Below are positions 9,950 to 17,100 of a DNA stretch of 20,000 nt, piece by piece. The position numbers and the translations under genes are program-made. Positions within the stretch are counted from its first letter, which is position 1. Every line of letters starts with the position of its first letter. The notes below the pieces were generated by a model. It had not been told where the DNA came from and did no database searches. It was given only the letters and a program-made list of their open reading frames with translations. Source of the stretch: an uncultured virus (IMG/VR IMGVR_UViG_3300017698_000118) (taxonomy: Duplodnaviria; Heunggongvirae; Uroviricota; Caudoviricetes); IMG/VR virus record IMGVR_UViG_3300017698_000118, positions 53,365 through 73,364 of that record; one strand, written 5' to 3'.

Positions 9950-10446
9950 TGTCTAGTAATATAAAGAGACAACTCTTTATAGGGGTAGGCCCCGGTGTGA
10001 CCGGGGCTATCTGTTTACTGGAACCAGTTGAACAGAAGATAGCTTTTTGCGAAACCACTCTGCTATTTCCTAAATTAGTAGAGTGGCTGTTAAAGGCAAA
10101 AAACGAAGGTAACTTACGTTTTGCTACTGTGGAAGATGTGCATAGTATTCCGGGCGCAGCGTCCAAATCTAGTTTCAACTTTGGACGTAACTTGGAAAAA
10201 TTGCATAACGCTCTCGCCATGGCAGGAATACCTACAGATCTTGTTCAACCCAAAGCATGGCAAAAGACTATAGGTTTAAGACCTAAGATTCCTAAAGATA
10301 AGATCAAAAAAGAAGTTGCAGCTATTGCTATGCGGTTGTACCCTTCTGCTTCTCTTTATGGACCTAGAGGCGGCTTATTAGATGGTAGAAGTGACGCCTT
10401 AATGATCGCCCATTATTGTTATCTAACCCATAAAATTAAGGACTAA
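9949..10446 (+). CDS. RuvC-like Holliday junction resolvase (N4 gp46-like); first catalytic Asp reads as Gly
   Basis: IGVGPGVTGAI (canonical IGIDPG), VEDVH, SSFNFG, VQPKAWQK, DGRSDALMIA. TAATG coupling to ssb. Confidence 0.85.
   Translation: MSSNIKRQLFIGVGPGVTGAICLLEPVEQKIAFCETTLLFPKLVEWLLKAKNEGNLRFATVEDVHSIPGAASKSSFNFGRNLEKLHNALAMAGIPTDLVQPKAWQKTIGLRPKIPKDKIKKEVAAIAMRLYPSASLYGPRGGLLDGRSDALMIAHYCYLTHKIKD
9989..10007. other. Perfect 8-bp inverted repeat with 3-nt loop inside the resolvase gene
   Basis: GCCCCGGT-GTG-ACCGGGGC. Confidence 0.8.
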
Positions 10447-10451
10447 TACTT

Positions 10452-10933
10452 ATGAGCACAAAACTGACTCTCTCCCAAAGTGAGATCCAAAAAGCCTTGG
10501 TTCTTTATGTGAACCACCAAGGTTTCCGTTGTACTGTCGAGTCTGCCAATTTCGATTTCTTGGCCAAACGTACTGGCAATGAAGGCGTTGTGTGTACCAT
10601 GGAAGTTAGCCCTCCTGAACTGCGTTACATGCATGATGGGGAAGCTGTGGTTAATGTNAAAAACAAGATACCTCTAAAGAAGAATCTGCCGACGATACCC
10701 CACCTGAAAGCGAAGAAACCATTACTCCTGAAGATGCATCAGATGAAAAGCAGGAAGAAGAAACTACTTCCGACGAAACTTCACATTCTGATCCTGAGCC
10801 TACTGAAGCATCTGAAGATGAAAACGAAGAAACCACTTCTGATGCTGAAAGTCTGAGCCAAGAAGTCAAGGAGGCAGCGAGTGTAGAGACCGACACCAAT
10901 GGTGCCGGTAATTCTTCCTCACTGTTCAGCTAA
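10452..10933 (+). CDS. Hypothetical protein (N4 gp47-like) with long acidic disordered tail; frame change at N 10658
   Basis: N-terminus KLTLSQSEIQKALVLYV with AAGGA RBS. After the N, the alternative frame from 10661 reads KQDTSKEESADDTPPESEETITPEDASDEKQEEETTSDE...GAGNSSSLFS-stop with GAA/GAT-rich coding pattern and TAATG coupling to the next gene. Confidence 0.75.
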
Positions 10934-11181
10934 TGTCAGCCGTCTTTAAGGCGGCCTGTATAACAGGGCTAGTATTACTAGCCCTTGTTATAGGTGCCCT
11001 ACTCTATTACTTCCTATTGTTCGCACTTGTGTTCCTTGCAGCATACTTCCTTGTACGCCTCTGGAACTATCTATTTACTTCCCTCCCCACAAGGCCGACA
11101 TCAAATACCACAGAGGATGATTTGTCAGAGCGCCTTCAGCAACTTCGAGAGGACTGTTCAAAGAACGGCCATCGAAAATAA
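10933..11181 (+). CDS. Small predicted membrane protein (N4 gp49 position)
   Basis: About 35 contiguous hydrophobic residues (ACITGLVLLALVIGALLYYFLLFALVFLAAYFLV). ATG overlaps the upstream TAA. It is the last + strand gene before vRNAP. Confidence 0.65.
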   Translation: MSAVFKAACITGLVLLALVIGALLYYFLLFALVFLAAYFLVRLWNYLFTSLPTRPTSNTTEDDLSERLQQLREDCSKNGHRK

Positions 11182-14100
11182 GGGAGTCATAAATCGTATC
11201 CCAACCAATACCTCCTGCCAGTACAGTCAAACCTAGTGCCCCAACTGGGTGTTTCCGAGCTGTCTTAACCAGTACTCTCTGGTTTCTCAACCAAAACTTG
11301 GTGAACATTACTAATCCCATATCATTAGCATACTGCAACAACGGTAATGAAGGGGTGTCGTAGTTGATGAAAGTCTCTACGATATCCTCCACAGATTCCT
11401 CGAAAGTCATCTCACCTTGCTACATATTATGTTGATGCAATGCATAGCGAGCCATGAAATCCCCTAGCTGCGTCATATCGTTCAGGAACCCGTACACTGG
11501 GGTGCCATGCTGTAAAGTCGCATGACTGATCACTGTACGAGCTCTCAGAGGTATACGCTCAATGATAGGTTCAAACTTTTCCTCCAAATTACTACGGAAG
11601 TTTGTCTCATCATTAAGTGTATAAACATCTTCAGTAATGGACTGATAAACACCTGCCTCAAATAGAGGAGTCACTTTGTTATTCGCAATGGATTCCTCCA
11701 GTAGCAGTAAACGATTCTGCACAGCAGGATCATTCGCTACTTGTTCACTGGCTTGCATACGGAACTGTAGTTGGGCGATTTCAGCAGTATCTTCCTGATA
11801 GCGCTTAGCTGCTTCCAATGCTTCTACCTGCCATTTGTAAGCATTCACAGGAGAGATACCGTGCATCATTAAAGTGACATAGTTAGACATTAAGTTGCCT
11901 ATCATTACTTCAACACCCCGGATCACAATATTGTCTTTTGCGATCTTCACAAAATCCTGCCAATTGCGCTCAAGAGCGATGCCTTTATCACTATTCAGTA
12001 TGCGGGTAGCCAAGTTATTCACTACTGCATTCGCTTTATCCAAGCCTTCCAAACCTGTGATGTCTTTATACTCCAGTTGACCTACACCGATCTGTCTTTG
12101 GCCGAAGAAAGTTTTCCATACATCCCGGTGCACATACATACCATTCCTTCCCCACACTCTAAAGATTTCAGATTTCATCTCAGAGGGTAAAGAGTTCCAA
12201 GTTTCCCTAGAAATAGGATCAGTAGATGCTGGCCCAATAAGAATATAATTCTGTGGATCTTTGTGGAAATTCTCATTGAATTCCCTTCTACCTTCGTTCA
12301 CTGCTGCTACGTTTGCCTTACGGGTTTGCTCCATATTGAGCATACCAATTTCCAGACCAGCCATTACCTGATCAAAGCTTTCATCCCACTGGAGCAACTC
12401 TCGTTTACTCTGGTGGTTCATTACGTAGCGGTAATCAACAATGTTACCTGCACTGTCAGTAGTAGGAATGAGTGAAGTTTCTAAGTTGGTAATCTCAGAA
12501 TTACTGTCATTCATAATAGCCCGCATCTGAGCTTCTTTTGCTGCTTTGATGTTATTGAACTTCGATTGAGCTGCTTTCATCTTGTCGGGATTGGCACGAT
12601 TTTCTTGTGTCTGAAGAATAGCAGTACCTTTAGCAGAATCTCTGCTTAAAGAAACCATGCCTGAATCCAACGCATACTCCCTGCTGTAATTAGAATGCAT
12701 TGAATACAGCTTTTCCCCGGAATCCAGAGAATCCTTAGGTAATGCGCCGAGATTTTTATAACCTCTCTGCTCCATCAACTCCAGTTCTTGCTCAGTTGCT
12801 ACTTTATACTCCTTATTAGGATTCACCCGATTAGGGATATAGCCTTTAAACATCAATCCAATCTGACCATCAAAATTCTTTTCCAGCACTTCCGCTTGAG
12901 TAGCTGCATGAGCTCCAATGACAAAATTGAAACCTTCCGGATTCTGGCTTGCCATCTCATAAGCACGTTGCTTTGAAGGTGTGTCAGTAAATTTCAAAGC
13001 GTGCAGAGAAGCCAACTTATCAATCAGTACACGAGCCTGATTAACAGTTGCCGGAGAAGGTGCTTCCAACACAGGGTTGCCTGCCATTGCAGCAATCAAA
13101 GAAGCATTCTGAGCAAAGTGACCTCTCTCCAATGGCTTACCTGTGGCTTGAAAATGGCCCAAACTTTTTGCCAATTTGCTATACCAGTTAAATGCCCGGG
13201 TATCGTTACCCTGTACAGATAGGGCTCTTAACGCTCTCAAGGTATTATTAATTTCCGAATCCAGCAAAGATTCACTGTTCAACATACTTACTACTTGGGA
13301 AACAGTCATACTGCCGTCTTCAATAGAAGTACTGATATCAGTCATCATCACTGTACGGCCTAAAGCAATACGATCTTCCCGGGTAGCTTGAGGGAAAAGA
13401 TCTCTCATTACTTTAACTACATTGCTCTCCACTTCTTTACGGCCATGATCTAGATGTGTCTTAACTAATCGAGTGACACTATGAAGACGATTAAATCTAT
13501 TGGCAGGGCCAGTCAATTCGTCACTGACCTGTTTTAGCCAACTCTCTTTCACTTGACCATAACGGGAAGTCATACGTCGCATCACTTCACGATAACCATC
13601 AGGAGATACTTGAGTAGCCTTCTTCAGAGCATTGATACCTGTACGTACAGTCCCTAACTCAGAACTATCCTCTGTAGCGGTATTGCCCCAATTTTGTATA
13701 GGCTTCACGATGAAATCGGCAATTTGTTTGCCCACTTTATCGTTGAAAGCGCCTACCTGTTGGGTAATACGACTCTGCGCCCGATTCTGCGTAGCTGAGA
13801 GCTCCACTGCCAATTCTGTCAGAATTTGTTGAGCATCCCCATTCTGAGGAGCTCTATCAAACAGTGTATCCATAATCCTGTTGAATATGTCTGCTATACG
13901 AGCAAAGATATTATTGCTCTGAGTAGTGGATAGTTCTTTATCATCTACAGGAATTGTTTTTAGTTTAGCCATGAAAGAGGCATTAGTAAGACCGAATGCC
14001 ATGAATTCATGCAGCATTGCTGAACGGGAGTGAGTAGCATTGAAGCCACTATACTCAGTAGTGCTTTGTATTCTACGTCTATTATTAAAGACATAATCCA

Positions 14101-17100
14101 TACGGGCTTTCGCAGCTGAGTATTCAGCCTCCCACGCGGAAGGGTTACTCACTGGATCAATTAAAGCACCTGTACTATCCACCAGATTGTTTTGAGAATC
14201 CCTGCTCATAAAATCTTCTGGCTGGATATCACCTTTCTCTTTAACTACATCAAACAAACGGCGTAAACGACGGGCTGCTGTGCGATCTGAATTAATCCCT
14301 GCGGCAGTAACCTTGTGTACCAGCTCGTGTGTAAACGCTTCCTGAGCGGACATACGCAAGCTCTCGATAGGAGAACTGATTGCTCGCTGTATACGAATAT
14401 TCCCTGAAGTGAGATTAAACTCGCCTGCAATAGTGGAACCATCATCTGAAATCATCAGAGAGAATGGTTGTACTACTTTATTTACAATCCCTTCAATTAC
14501 ACCTCTTAAATGAGAAGTATGATCCCCGCTATCACGGTGTGCTTGAGTCTGCTCAAGCATATCGAAAGTGCGCAGAGTAGTATCCGCAGTAGAGGCCAAT
14601 GAAGATACATTAGTAGCACTTGGCCCAAAAGCAACAGACTCTATACCTGAATTGGAGGAGCCAAGAGTACCTCCATCCACTTGATCTAATTGCTGCCCAG
14701 TAATACCTTCTTCCAGAACAACCTCTACATCTGGGATTTCTCCAGTGAAGTGAGTACCCGTACCCATATCTGCTGATTGGTTAGCAAAAGAAGCGTACTG
14801 GTCGTAAGCAAAGATCTGTTCACGTACACCTTCCAAAGACTCTTCTGCTTGCAAGTATTCCGCGAGTTTTGCGCCATGATTGGTAAGACTTTCAGTACCT
14901 GAAATATCTACCTGCTCACCGTCTCTGTATTCAGTCTCAAAGCTTTCAGATTCCAGTCCATTACTTTGAATGTACTGTCTAACATTAGCCATCAGATTTG
15001 CTAAACCATTGCCAATGCTAAAGTCATTCAGGACTTCAGCAGTAGCTCTATTCAACATCTCCGCGCCTTCATTGGTCTGAAGCACATTGAAAGCAGCAGC
15101 ATCATGGATATTCAAAGCAGACAGCTGATCCATGACTTTCATCATAATAGCGGCGTCTAACTGGTGGATATTAGCGATACCACCTTTAACCCCTGGTTCT
15201 TCCAGAGTTCTAACTCTGACCCCAGACTGTACATTCTTTGTAGTAGTGTCTTTTAAGCCACCAGAAGTATCTTGGCTGATCTGTGTCAGCGGAGAAACTA
15301 GATTCACACGAACTGCTTGTAAGTTATTTGTCGGAACCAGACTGGACTGTTTCAAAGAATCGCTAATATAGTCCTTACTGACGTAACGAGTTTTGAGTTT
15401 AGACAGCAGCTGTCTGTGCTCATAGCTATTAGCTCTCTTCTCTGCATCCTCAAAAGGATTTTCTGCAGTAGGTGCTAATTCAAGAAATTCTTTCAATACG
15501 CCATCAATCTCGGCGTTACTAATACCTCTACCTTTTTCCTGTTCAATTTCACTAATACGATTCTGTACTGCATGTAAATAAACCTTGTGAGCAAAACCAT
15601 AAATACCATTTACGGTCTTACGGGTTTCCATGAATTCACCGTATTTTGCTTCCATGCCTTCAATAAGAGCTCCACCGTATGTACCCGCAAAGTTTCTATT
15701 GAATTGCTTCTGAGCGAATTCCTTTAAATACCAGTTTGAAGCTTTACCTTCTGTAAGATATTTACCTCGGAAGTAATCATAGAAACTAATAGCTTCTTCT
15801 TGAGAAGAAGGACGAGGAACATTCTCATTACTGTAATCCATGACTGCGTACATATCGTGCATCACAAGGCCCATCTGCGCCTTAACTGTCTCTTTGTGTT
15901 CCCGGGAAGATTCAGGTGAGATGCTTTGAAATAATTCATTCAGTAATTCAAGATTTTGTTGCAATACTGCATTAGCAACTTTGTCTTTAATTGCTTGCTC
16001 TCCTTGACCAAAGATCATAGTCATCAGAGGGTTCTTAGCAATATTACGAGCATCCGAAGTTACATTACCATCTGGGTCTAAGTGAGAACCAAACTGTAGA
16101 CGCTCTTTGAGTACTTCTTCAGAGCCTTTGAATTTACCAGTAACCAGTCTTGACAAGGTGCGCTGTAAATTGAATCTCTGAGAAGCAAAATAAATTTCAT
16201 CTGCTTCACGTCTTTTATTTTTGCTACGTAAAGCTTCTTCCTCGGCCTTCATTTGATTGAGCTGTTGAGGAGTGTATTGCTTATTCAAAGAATCCAACAT
16301 TGCTATAACAATGTCTTCGTAAGCGTCATTATTTGTTGATTCACTGGAATACTCCAGCATGTTGGTATAGCTCCCCTCACGGAAGAACCCACCTTGCTTC
16401 AAGAGCTCAAAGCGTTGATTCATGGAACTGCCCGGTATGCTCATCAAACTCAGCATTACACCGTTATTTGTTCCATCCACTTCACGGAATAGATGTGTAG
16501 TAAAATTACCTGAGTTTCTTTTAGCATCCTGATAAGCGCTGACAGCAAATATANCTTTTCTTCGCCTTTTTTAACAGCTCGAATAATTGCTTGCTCATCT
16601 TCTGGAGAGATTTCTCCAGTGCCCTCCCAATTGGAGACAATATCGAATATACCTTCTTTATCTAAGTCATTAACAATAGAAGCAAAAGCGTTATCTATGT
16701 CAGCCACTGTCTGCATTCTTTTAGGCTTGCCACCCATTGCTTCAATAACAGCCAACTTAAAGAAAGAGGTTTGAACTGGATCAGCAGTATTGATATTTGC
16801 TTTCCACGATTCGTTAGCTACAAGATGTCTAACCATTTTATTATTCTGGGGATCAAGTGAGCCTACTCGTCCAATACGTAAAGTAGACCAGACTCGGTTA
16901 GGTATGTAGAAAACGGATTTACCAGTTTCTGCCAGTTTCTGGCGAAATGCTTCAAAGTTAGTCAGTGTTTTCTCAATAGTGTTGTTATTAGCTCTTGCAG
17001 CATTTTCTTCTTCTGGCCNAGACATATCAAAGAAAATACCAGACACCGGATTCAGTGTTAGTTTATTTTTATTCATTCTATTGACCATATTCTGTTGCTC

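Larger units (their letters stand above)
9941..10937 (+). repeat. 13-nt direct repeat TTCAGCTAATGTC at two gene junctions (9941-9953 and 10925-10937)
   Basis: Exact match read from the sequence. Both copies encode F-S-stop overlapping the M-S start of the next gene. Confidence 0.85.

Noticed and set aside
9989..10007. Triloop hairpin as a vRNAP promoter
   Set aside because: The T-A closing pair and GTG/CAC loop do not fit the N4 promoter hairpin as I recall it, and those promoters lie in the early region at the genome end.
4875..11422. Genome-wide stop codon reassignment
   Set aside because: The two internal stops differ (TAA and TAG), each occurs once, and TAA and TGA end normal genes. Recoded genomes usually show many in-frame stops of one type.
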